DNA of 64,000 nt from a candidate division WS6 bacterium GW2011_GWF2_39_15 (GTDB taxonomy: Bacteria > Patescibacteriota > Dojkabacteria > SC72): assembly GCA_000993565.1 (NCBI GenBank), contig LBWK01000001.1, positions 300,208 through 364,207 on the forward strand, written 5' to 3'. The notes beneath the pieces are model-generated. The model made no database searches and was not told the origin of the DNA. It was given only the letters and a program-made list of their open reading frames with translations. Below, piece by piece: positions 11,681-19,979 of this stretch (position 1 is its first letter; each line of letters starts with the position of its first letter). Made by a program: the position numbers and the translations under genes.

Positions 11681-14461
11681 ATGAACGACGAGAAGGATAA
11701 GATTGTGAAATTGGCAACAGAACAGGATCCAGAAACAAATACACCAGAAACTCCACCAGTGGTTGAAACAGAATCAGAAGACGGAGGAGATGATGAAGGA
11801 CTTTCATTTAATACAGAGTTCAAACCAGGTGAGATAGCAGACAGTTCCATTTCAGATGAGATGAAGACCCGCTACATCGACTACTCAATGTCCGTAATTG
11901 TTTCAAGAGCACTTCCTGAGGTAAAAGATGGTTTGAAACCGTCGCAGAGAAGAATTCTCGTTGCAATGAACGACATGAACCTGATTCCTTCCGCGCACTA
12001 CAGAAAATCAGCAAAAATAGCGGGTGATACTTCAGGTAACTACCACCCGCATGGAGAGGTCGTTATCTATCCTACAATGGTTAAAATGGCTCAGGATTTT
12101 TCAACCCGATACCCGTTAGTAGACGGGCAGGGAAATTTTGGTTCAGTAGACGGGGACCCTGCGGCTGCAATGAGATACACGGAAGCCAAGATGTCAAAAA
12201 TTACAGTGGAACTCCTTCGAGACCTTGAGAAGGGAACCGTCCCTTTTATTCCTAACTATGACGGTACAAGACTGGAACCCACTGTTCTTCCTGCTGCAAT
12301 TCCACAGCTTCTGGCAAACGGAAGCGATGGTATAGCCGTTGGTATGGCAACAAAAATTCCTCCTCACAACCTCACAGAACTAATTACCGCACTGCGCGAA
12401 ATGATCAAGAGAGGAAACAAGTGGGAAGGAAAAGCTATCTATAACGAGCTCAGACTTGATAGAGAAAAGGGAGAGAGAATCCCTATGACCCTCGACCCCA
12501 GACCAGTTGACTACCTTGGCAACTATATAAATAAATATAGTCTGGAGTATGAAAAGCAGAGAGAAGCAATTGCTCTTCGCATTAAAACCGACGAGCGTCT
12601 GTACCCTGAATTCAAATCTGAAATAACGCCTGAAGAACTCATCAACATAATTCCCGGACCTGACTTTCCCACAGGAGGAACTATTTATGACAGGAATGAG
12701 ATTCTGAATGCATATTCAACCGGTAGAGGAAGGATTCTTCAAAGGGCGAAAGCATCTATTGAAGAGGGAAAGAAAGGCAGATACGAGATAATTGTAACTG
12801 AGATACCTTTCCAGGTTAATAAAGCATACCTGACCGAAAAGATTGCTGATTTGGTGAAAGAGAAGAAGGTTGAAGGTATTGCAGATATCCGTGACGAGTC
12901 TAACAGAGAGGGGATGAGAGTTGTAATAATCCTGAAAAAGGATGTCCAGCCGAAAACAGTCCTAAACAAGCTCTACAAGTTTACAGAGATGCAAAAGGTC
13001 TTCAATGCCAATATGATTGCCCTTGTTGAGCAGGAGCCAAAGACACTTCCTCTAAAACAGATGCTGGAGCTATTTTTAAGCTTCAGAATCTCAGTTGTAA
13101 TTAGAAGATTTGAGTTTGATTTAGCAGAGGCAAGGTATAGAGGACATATACTTGAAGGCCTGCTTAAAGCACTAGATATTCTTGATGACATTATTGCCAC
13201 AATACGAGGTTCAAAAACCCAGGAAGAGGCCAAAACCAACCTTATTTCCAAATTTGACTTTACAGAGGTACAGGCACAGGCCATTCTTGAGATGCAGCTC
13301 AGAAAACTCGCTGCTCTGGAGAGAGAGAAACTGCAGGATGAATATAAAGAATTAGGTGAAAAGATTAAAGAGTATACCTTAACCCTTGCAGACCCAATTA
13401 AGATCCTTGGAGTGATCGACGCAGAATTATCCGAGATCGTTGAGAAACACGGTGACGCAAGAAGATCTAAAGTCATTAAAGGCAAGATTGATGAAATTTC
13501 TGAGGAGGATATGGTCGCGGCTGAAAATACACTAGTAACCTTGAGCCACTCGGGATACATAAAGAGGATTCCTCCTGATACATACAGGACTCAGAATAGA
13601 GGAGGAAAGGGTATTACAGGTGCCACGACAAAGGAAGATGACTGGATCTCGCACGCCATTTTGTGCAATACACATGATGACTTGATGTTCTTCAGCAACA
13701 GGGGAAGAGTATTCAGAATAAGGGCATTTGAGATCCCAGAGTATGGAAGAACAGCTAAAGGCCTTCCGATTGTGAACCTCATCTCTTTGGAACAGGGTGA
13801 ATTGATCACAAGCGTTCTTAATATCAGCAGGAACAGTGACGAATCAGGAGTTACATATAAGTTCCTTTTCATGGCTACGAAAAAAGGGACAGTCAAAAAG
13901 ACTGACATTAAAGACTTCGAAAAGATTAGAGCAACCGGATTAATAGCAGCAAAGCTCGAAGGAAGCGACGAACTGCTCAAAGTGATTCCAACCTCAGGGG
14001 AAAGTGAGATCATTATGGTAACAAGAGAAGGTAAGTCAATCAGGTTTAAAGAGGAGGATGTAAGGCCGACAGGAAGGGCTACGATGGGAGTACGCGGTAT
14101 TAAGTTTGCCAAAGACAATGATGAAGTGATATCCATGGATGTTATGGTATCAGAAGAGGGTAATTTCTTTACCCTTTCTGAAAAAGGCTTTGGAAAGATG
14201 AGTAAATTAAGTGATTACACTCTGCAGGGCAGAGGAGGATCAGGTATCTTTACCTTTAGGGTAACCGATAAGACAGGAAAGTTGGTAGTTGCAAAAATTG
14301 TTGATAATAAAGACGAAAGTGAAATAGTCGTGATATCAGAAAACGGCGTAATTATAAGAACGGAGATGAAAAACCTTCCTATTCTTCAGCGCCAAACCTC
14401 GGGAGTAAAAATTATGAATGTCGCAACAGAGGATAAAGTTTCTGCAATTGCCGTAATTTAG
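11681..14461 (+). CDS. gyrA: DNA gyrase subunit A, with an acidic N-terminal extension.
   Basis: [31 protein letters not shown] (catalytic Tyr) and C-terminal beta-pinwheel repeats. Confidence 0.97.
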   Translation: MNDEKDKIVKLATEQDPETNTPETPPVVETESEDGGDDEGLSFNTEFKPGEIADSSISDEMKTRYIDYSMSVIVSRALPEVKDGLKPSQRRILVAMNDMNLIPSAHYRKSAKIAGDTSGNYHPHGEVVIYPTMVKMAQDFSTRYPLVDGQGNFGSVDGDPAAAMRYTEAKMSKITVELLRDLEKGTVPFIPNYDGTRLEPTVLPAAIPQLLANGSDGIAVGMATKIPPHNLTELITALREMIKRGNKWEGKAIYNELRLDREKGERIPMTLDPRPVDYLGNYINKYSLEYEKQREAIALRIKTDERLYPEFKSEITPEELINIIPGPDFPTGGTIYDRNEILNAYSTGRGRILQRAKASIEEGKKGRYEIIVTEIPFQVNKAYLTEKIADLVKEKKVEGIADIRDESNREGMRVVIILKKDVQPKTVLNKLYKFTEMQKVFNANMIALVEQEPKTLPLKQMLELFLSFRISVVIRRFEFDLAEARYRGHILEGLLKALDILDDIIATIRGSKTQEEAKTNLISKFDFTEVQAQAILEMQLRKLAALEREKLQDEYKELGEKIKEYTLTLADPIKILGVIDAELSEIVEKHGDARRSKVIKGKIDEISEEDMVAAENTLVTLSHSGYIKRIPPDTYRTQNRGGKGITGATTKEDDWISHAILCNTHDDLMFFSNRGRVFRIRAFEIPEYGRTAKGLPIVNLISLEQGELITSVLNISRNSDESGVTYKFLFMATKKGTVKKTDIKDFEKIRATGLIAAKLEGSDELLKVIPTSGESEIIMVTREGKSIRFKEEDVRPTGRATMGVRGIKFAKDNDEVISMDVMVSEEGNFFTLSEKGFGKMSKLSDYTLQGRGGSGIFTFRVTDKTGKLVVAKIVDNKDESEIVVISENGVIIRTEMKNLPILQRQTSGVKIMNVATEDKVSAIAVI

Positions 14462-14482
14462 TTTAATTGTTAACGATTTCAA

Positions 14483-15100
14483 ATGAGACAGTTACTAATT
14501 AATAAGCTGATTACGGATAAGAAGGTATTAAGTCTCCTGACGCTTAACGACTTCGGAACCTGGTCAAGTGCGAGTCTCTCAGGAATTATATTTCCACTCT
14601 TCTCTATATCACAAATTAAAGGTGCTGATCTAACAGATGTTGGACTATCATCCCTAGTATTCTTAGGTGTAAGTGCTGCTCTCAATCTTCCTTTAGGAAA
14701 GGCTATGGATAGGCTTAAAGGGTACGTGGATGAAACCTATATTCTCGTAGCCTCCTCGGTGCTTAGAGGCATTGCCCTAATTCTTCTCGCCTATTCAACT
14801 TCACTCGCAGCATTATACTTCTATCAAATAATACTGGGAATCGCTCGGTCAATGAACTATGTTTCCTGGAGGGTTCTATTTAGCAAGTACCTGGATCCCA
14901 AGCATGTAGGGGAGCAGTGGAGCGTTTATGACTCGGTTATCGCCATTGGCCTTGGTATAGCAACGTTTATAGGCGGCTACATGGGTGATAATTTCCCGTA
15001 TTCATATGTAATTCTTGTTGCAGGTCTAGTCTCTATTGTTGGAGGCGTATTTCCTCTATTTATTGTAAAGGACGTGAAAGAGATTGCTGAAGAGAAATAA
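14483..15100 (+). CDS. Hypothetical membrane protein.
   Basis: 205 aa with ~5-6 TM helices. Confidence 0.4.
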   Translation: MRQLLINKLITDKKVLSLLTLNDFGTWSSASLSGIIFPLFSISQIKGADLTDVGLSSLVFLGVSAALNLPLGKAMDRLKGYVDETYILVASSVLRGIALILLAYSTSLAALYFYQIILGIARSMNYVSWRVLFSKYLDPKHVGEQWSVYDSVIAIGLGIATFIGGYMGDNFPYSYVILVAGLVSIVGGVFPLFIVKDVKEIAEEK

Positions 15101-15128
15101 ACGGGTAATGAAATGATATACTCAAGTT

Positions 15129-16028
15129 ATGGAAATAACGTTAAACAGAGAGAGTAAAGAGAGAAGGATCGGCATTCTTTTTATTCGTCTTTTTATACCC
15201 CTCCTGTTACTTTTTACTGTCCTTTCTGTAGGGCTATGGAAATATTCATACATCTTTGGACGTTCCAATGAAACAGAGAAGGATGTACCCGTATTAAAAG
15301 TAGGGGAGAGAAATGAAACGAGCCTACTCAAACCTCTTCCAATTCCACAACCTTCTATCAAGAAAATTGTCGTGCCTGTAGCGCCTAAGAGTGCCGGAAC
15401 AAGTACCGCAGGCTGGTGGAAATATCCAAACGTGATTAAGGAAACAACTAGGTCAGGTGACGATTTATTAGTGTTAGTGAATAAAGAGTATAGATTACCT
15501 TCTACATACGTTCCTGCAGGTTTGGTTTATGCTAATACTAGCGGGATCAGGGTAACTACAAAAGCAAGCTACATGTTAAGGAGTATTGTAATTGAAGATT
15601 TAAGGGAGCTTAATAATGATGCAAAGAAGGCAGGGTTGAACTTGAGTGTGATATCGGGTTATCGGTCGTATGCAGCTCAATCCGGCACCTATAACTACTG
15701 GGTTAATTACAACGGCGGCAACTATGATGTAGTGGACCAGATATCCGCCAGGCCGGGACACAGCCAGCATCAGCTTGGTACAGCCATGGATTTTTCAAGT
15801 AGTGAGATAGGGGACAGGCTGGGAAGTGAGTTTACAGATACGAAGGCAGGTAAGTGGTTAGCCGCAAATGCATGGAAGTATGGATTTGTGATTTCATATC
15901 CAAAGGGGTGGGAAGCGGTAACAGGGTATACTTATGAGAGCTGGCATTACAGATACATAGGGAGAGAGAATGCCAAAGAGATGGTAGAGAGTGGTATCAT
16001 ATTGGAAGATTATTTAAAAAATAAGTAA
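15129..16028 (+). CDS. D-Ala-D-Ala carboxypeptidase, VanY / peptidase M15-like, membrane-anchored.
   Basis: SGYRSY, GHSQHQLGTAMDF and SWHYRYIG are LAS/M15B zinc-binding motifs. An N-terminal TM segment is present. Confidence 0.75.
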   Translation: MEITLNRESKERRIGILFIRLFIPLLLLFTVLSVGLWKYSYIFGRSNETEKDVPVLKVGERNETSLLKPLPIPQPSIKKIVVPVAPKSAGTSTAGWWKYPNVIKETTRSGDDLLVLVNKEYRLPSTYVPAGLVYANTSGIRVTTKASYMLRSIVIEDLRELNNDAKKAGLNLSVISGYRSYAAQSGTYNYWVNYNGGNYDVVDQISARPGHSQHQLGTAMDFSSSEIGDRLGSEFTDTKAGKWLAANAWKYGFVISYPKGWEAVTGYTYESWHYRYIGRENAKEMVESGIILEDYLKNK

Positions 16029-16031
16029 GAA

Positions 16032-16676
16032 GTGAATAAGAAAAGAGTTTTAAACAAGATCCTTAATTGGTATATACTCGTGGGAGTAGTTATGCTCGTA
16101 GTAGCAACCTTATTTATTCTCTCCCCGATTTATCCTTATATCTGGTTCCAAATAAATAATGATGCTTTAGCCAAAGAGCAAGCAAATGTAGTCACTCTCA
16201 TCAACAATATAGATGAAGAGGAAAGAAGTAATACAGCTCCGGAAACTCCAGATCTACCGTCATTTGATTCATCACTTACATCTACAAACACCCTTTTAAT
16301 TCCCTCCATTGGAGTTGTAGGAGCAATAAATGAAAATTCTATTCCGGAAAACGGACTTTCTAAAGGTGTATGGAGAGTTTCTGAATGGGGAGATCCAATT
16401 AATAACACAAACCCGATTATTCTTGCTTCACATAGATTTGGTTATTTAGCCTGGAGTAACAGTTATAGAAAGAAGAATTCATTTGAGAACCTTCCTAAAA
16501 CTAAAGTAGGGGATACCATAGAGATAATATGGGAACAGAGAAGATTTAGATATAAAATATATAAAGTGGAAGAGAATACTAAGATTGCTGATTATAAAGC
16601 CAACCTCATTCTTTACACTTGTAAAACACTAAACTCAGAGATTAGAGTTTTTAGATATGCTATGAGAGTAGAATAA
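16032..16676 (+). CDS. Sortase-family transpeptidase.
   Basis: N-terminal TM segment. Catalytic His in ILASHRFGY, Cys in LILYTCKTL and a downstream Arg (RVFRY). Confidence 0.65.
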   Translation: MNKKRVLNKILNWYILVGVVMLVVATLFILSPIYPYIWFQINNDALAKEQANVVTLINNIDEEERSNTAPETPDLPSFDSSLTSTNTLLIPSIGVVGAINENSIPENGLSKGVWRVSEWGDPINNTNPIILASHRFGYLAWSNSYRKKNSFENLPKTKVGDTIEIIWEQRRFRYKIYKVEENTKIADYKANLILYTCKTLNSEIRVFRYAMRVE

Positions 16677-16677
16677 A

Positions 16678-17895
16678 CTAAGCAGCAAATGATAAAGGTT
16701 GGGAACTCTTCTCGACTTTCGATCCCTTAGGTATAGAACTTCCGCCAGCAATTATTCCGGCAAGGTCAAACAAACCCCATGGGAGAGGTTGATAAAGAGA
16801 TATAAAATTAGCGGTGAAGTTAGCATTTATTATTTCCTGATTTTGACTTAATTCACCAATCCGAAATCCTTTTCTTCTAATGTAATCTGAGAAGACTGCC
16901 TGAACATATGTAGAGTGAGACTCATTCGCCAACAATGAATGATATTGTTTTCCTAACGCAGTATTAATATCTCTGGACATAATATAACCACCTGCATTTA
17001 CCAAAATAGAGGGAAGTAAATACCATCCATTTACTCCGAAAGCCATAAGAATACTTAATATATCTATCACCTGAAATCTTTTCTGAGTGATTATGAACTC
17101 TCTGGACCTATTCGAGACTTCCGGATATTTATATGCAAACCAACTATGTGCTGCTTCATGTGCGAGAATCTCTGCTGGGGTTAATATCTCACGATATACT
17201 TTATCTGAAAAGAAGGAATTCATAATATGAATCCTATTCCCATCGATCCCCATTCCAGCTCTCAATAATGATGGCCTAAGAATATATTCATACCATTTAA
17301 ATCTCGCAAATACGATTTCCGCATTCGGGATAAGAGAATTAATATCAAGAGTATTCCCATTTGGAGACGTTTGATAAAAACCGACAGTACTTAAATACTT
17401 ATCCGGCGACGACGTTCCTGATTTTAGATCAAATACAATGTCTACATTGTTGTTGCCAGGAATATCATAATTTATCCTTAATAATCCATTAGATACAGCA
17501 CCTTTGAAATCTCCACCCTTCATTGACCTAAACATCGTTTTCAAATTGTCTTCAGTGCTTGTACTTAAGCCATCTCCCGCAATTATATGTGGATCCAATG
17601 TTCCTACATCCTGTAGGGGAGTTTCCCAGAGAAACATGGTCTCATTACCATATTTTTCTCTGAAGAGTTCACCAGGAGCTGTTTTTTCAATTCTTACACC
17701 TTTAAAATATTCAATTACCTCATCAGCTTCCGGAAGATGATCCTTAACAAAATCAGCATCTGTTCCCGGAGGGGTTTGCCAGTTTTCCCTGACTTGTTTT
17801 AATCCAGCAGAGTATGCGTAAGTATTATTCATATCGTAATTATAAACTATTGCATCCAAATTAACTATAGGGTATAATTCTCCCAGATATTTCAT
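16678..17895 (-). CDS. Putative zinc metallopeptidase (HEXXH).
   Basis: 405 aa with the LAHEAAHSWF motif. Confidence 0.5.
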   Translation of the reverse strand: MKYLGELYPIVNLDAIVYNYDMNNTYAYSAGLKQVRENWQTPPGTDADFVKDHLPEADEVIEYFKGVRIEKTAPGELFREKYGNETMFLWETPLQDVGTLDPHIIAGDGLSTSTEDNLKTMFRSMKGGDFKGAVSNGLLRINYDIPGNNNVDIVFDLKSGTSSPDKYLSTVGFYQTSPNGNTLDINSLIPNAEIVFARFKWYEYILRPSLLRAGMGIDGNRIHIMNSFFSDKVYREILTPAEILAHEAAHSWFAYKYPEVSNRSREFIITQKRFQVIDILSILMAFGVNGWYLLPSILVNAGGYIMSRDINTALGKQYHSLLANESHSTYVQAVFSDYIRRKGFRIGELSQNQEIINANFTANFISLYQPLPWGLFDLAGIIAGGSSIPKGSKVEKSSQPLSFAA

Positions 17896-17907
17896 ATATC
17901 ATTAATT

Positions 17908-18159
17908 ATGAGAAATACTAAATTACAATCTATATTTGCAGTTGCCATATTAGCAATGGTTTTCTTTTTTGCTATAAACGGTAATACATTTGCAAGTGGA
18001 TATGGTCCTTACGGGCCTTATGGTCCATACGGTCCTCATAATCCCGTTGATGCAAGTATTGTAAATACAGATGTATTTTCTATAGTTGGTCTTTCTTTGT
18101 ATGGAGCAGGTAGTGCATTAATTGCAAATGCTTCAAAGCTCAAGAAACTTATTAAGTAA
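17908..18159 (+). CDS. Small secreted protein with GPY tandem repeats.
   Basis: Signal-peptide-like N-terminus. GYGPYGPYGPYGPH is encoded by 9-nt tandem DNA repeats (17998-18040). Confidence 0.45.
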   Translation: MRNTKLQSIFAVAILAMVFFFAINGNTFASGYGPYGPYGPYGPHNPVDASIVNTDVFSIVGLSLYGAGSALIANASKLKKLIK

Positions 18160-18252
18160 TACTCATTTCCTGACCTTTCCTTGTTTATTGCCCTTTAACA
18201 ACTGATCTATGTCATTAGTGTAAGTTCGGTTAACTAGAAAAGGAGAACCCCC

Positions 18253-18486
18253 ATGATACTTGATTTGATTTCCCCCATTTTACTGTCACTTTGGTATTTT
18301 GTGATTACCTTGGGAGGCTTCTACGCCTTCTACATTGTGGTCACATCATCCTTAGTGGCAAAGAGTAAGGTGAAGCTAGTATTAATCTTAGCGTGCTTGC
18401 AAAGCGTTGTAATACCGATCATGATATCGGCTACACCCGCTGGGCTACACGCTTTGAGAGATCTTCTCACCCTACTTTTATCTTAA
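18253..18486 (+). CDS. Small hydrophobic protein (2 TM helices).
   Basis: 77-aa ORF preceded by a GGAG-like motif. Confidence 0.3.
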   Translation: MILDLISPILLSLWYFVITLGGFYAFYIVVTSSLVAKSKVKLVLILACLQSVVIPIMISATPAGLHALRDLLTLLLS

Positions 18487-19100
18487 CCGTCGTGCACTAT
18501 CAGGTGCGTTTTTAGAAATAGAGACGCACCTGCGGTTAATCCTTATATTAATGATATAGACTACATTAACCTATAGTATTTACATTTAAGACAGTATGTA
18601 CTATAATGTAACTAGCAATTTAACAATTAAATAGATTAACTTAAATCTGGTGCGCTTAAATCCTAAAAGGATTTCCAGATATAAATTAGTGATTAAAGAA
18701 ATAAGCGCCACATGTAAAACTGTGGCGCTTTCTTTAATCATTGTAAGTTGGTCAGAAAAATACATATAGAATTACATTTAAGCGAATGTAGTACTAAATG
18801 TTTCTGACCAGCTTAGAATGAAAATATAGAGGATACATAGATTAATGTTAAAAGAATATTTTTACATTAAATATGTCTCTTTTAGAAATAAAAGGACAAG
18901 TTCTTTTAAAAGCCTGATATATGATAATAGTAGTATATTTATATACTCAAATTACATATTTGATGGCAACACTCGTTGAAAAAGAATCGGACGGAAAGAT
19001 GGAAGGTATAGGATGTATAGAGTTACATCTCTTCATCGGATAAAGAGTTTTATTATTAGAATTTTTTATCTGATGAAGAGCACGCAGTGCTCTAGAAAAT
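18487..19100. other. AT-rich non-coding block dense with strong hairpins and short direct repeats.
   Basis: Hairpins: TTAACCG..CAGGTGCGT-14nt-ACGCACCTG-CGGTTAA (~18490-18545). TTAAAGAAATAAGCGCCACA-8nt-TGTGGCGCTTTCTTTAA (~18695-18740). TGGTCAGAAA-40nt(inner TACATT/AATGTA)-TTTCTGACCA (~18750-18815). CTCTTCATCGGATAAA-21nt-TTTATCTGATGAAGAG (~19030-19082). A direct repeat ttacatttaag..gtactaNaatg occurs at ~18583 and ~18770. Confidence 0.5.
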
Positions 19101-19167
19101 CCTTTGCCACGAGGGGGAAACACCCTTCATACCATCAGGTGGCCAACAAACAACTACCAAGGAGGTA

Positions 19168-19899
19168 GTGATGAAACCCATGACCGTTATTTCAAGTCTG
19201 GTTCTTTTTGCTGTTCTGCTGACTGCATGCAATATCGGCGCGGTTCAATCCGTTTCTGGCGACGTCTCCGCTTGCGGTGGCGTTGTTTCCATGAACGCTG
19301 ATGGAACCTTTACGGCAGATGTCGGCACGATCGTGTACACGATTGGTGGGATCACCCTTCACTATGAAGATGGAGATCCTCTCAAGCTTAACGCTGGGCA
19401 GTTTGCCACAGTCACTGAGCTTGTGACAATCAATCCCACGGCTGGAACCATCACTGGTAAAGTGATTCCAGGCGTCGGTACACCTCCTGCCTGCGTTGTA
19501 GCAGCTGCAGCTATCGTTCCTGCAACCATGACGCCTCAACCGGTTTCGACCGAGTTGGACTTCGTGCTTGCACACGGGGCGCACTTTGCGGATTACATCA
19601 CACCTGGCCGCGACTACCGCGAGCTGTCCGTGATGGACGTCTACAATGCGCTGAAAGCGTATGGATACGAGGACACCGATTTTCTGGTCATTGCCCACTC
19701 AGATGAAGTGCGCGAATGGCAGGAATCTCGGCTTCTCGCGAAATCCTTCGATGCCGGAAAGGCCCTCATTGCCGTTGGCGAGGTGAAGAACCTTAAATCT
19801 GACAAAGCTTTCATGCTGGTCAGTGCCAATGTGTATGATGGTCCGAATGACATCAATGGGAATCCGCTTGAGGTCTTCGACCCCACGCCCAACGAGTGA
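19168..19899 (+). CDS. Lipoprotein encoded by a GC-rich gene, probably horizontally acquired.
   Basis: Signal peptide plus lipobox LLTAC. Local GC is ~53% vs ~37% in flanks. A perfect AAGGAGGT SD sits 6 nt upstream of the ATG, unlike neighbouring genes. Confidence 0.7.
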   Translation: MMKPMTVISSLVLFAVLLTACNIGAVQSVSGDVSACGGVVSMNADGTFTADVGTIVYTIGGITLHYEDGDPLKLNAGQFATVTELVTINPTAGTITGKVIPGVGTPPACVVAAAAIVPATMTPQPVSTELDFVLAHGAHFADYITPGRDYRELSVMDVYNALKAYGYEDTDFLVIAHSDEVREWQESRLLAKSFDAGKALIAVGEVKNLKSDKAFMLVSANVYDGPNDINGNPLEVFDPTPNE

Positions 19900-19975
19900 T
19901 CCATATCACCGCTCCCTAACTTATCTCTGAAAGGAGGTTAAAAAATAAGTTTAGGGAGCGGTGGATCATTCAAAA
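19900..19975. terminator. Inverted repeat / bidirectional terminator-like stem-loop between convergent genes.
   Basis: caccgctccctaa ... ttagggagcggtg is a 13-bp perfect stem with extra flanking complementarity (gatcca/tggatc) and a ~34-nt loop. Confidence 0.5.
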
Positions 19976-19979
19976 GAAT

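Noticed and set aside
11820-14136. Multiple minus-strand ORFs (64-195 aa) inside gyrA, and similar antisense ORFs inside the giant gene, gyrB, dnaB and others.
   Set aside because: They are antisense to confidently identified genes and have low-complexity Ser/Leu-rich translations typical of shadow ORFs.
19104-19301. 65-aa ORF overlapping the start of the GC-rich lipoprotein gene.
   Set aside because: It lies in an alternative frame of the GC-rich region and overlaps the SD and start of a much better-supported gene. It is likely spurious.
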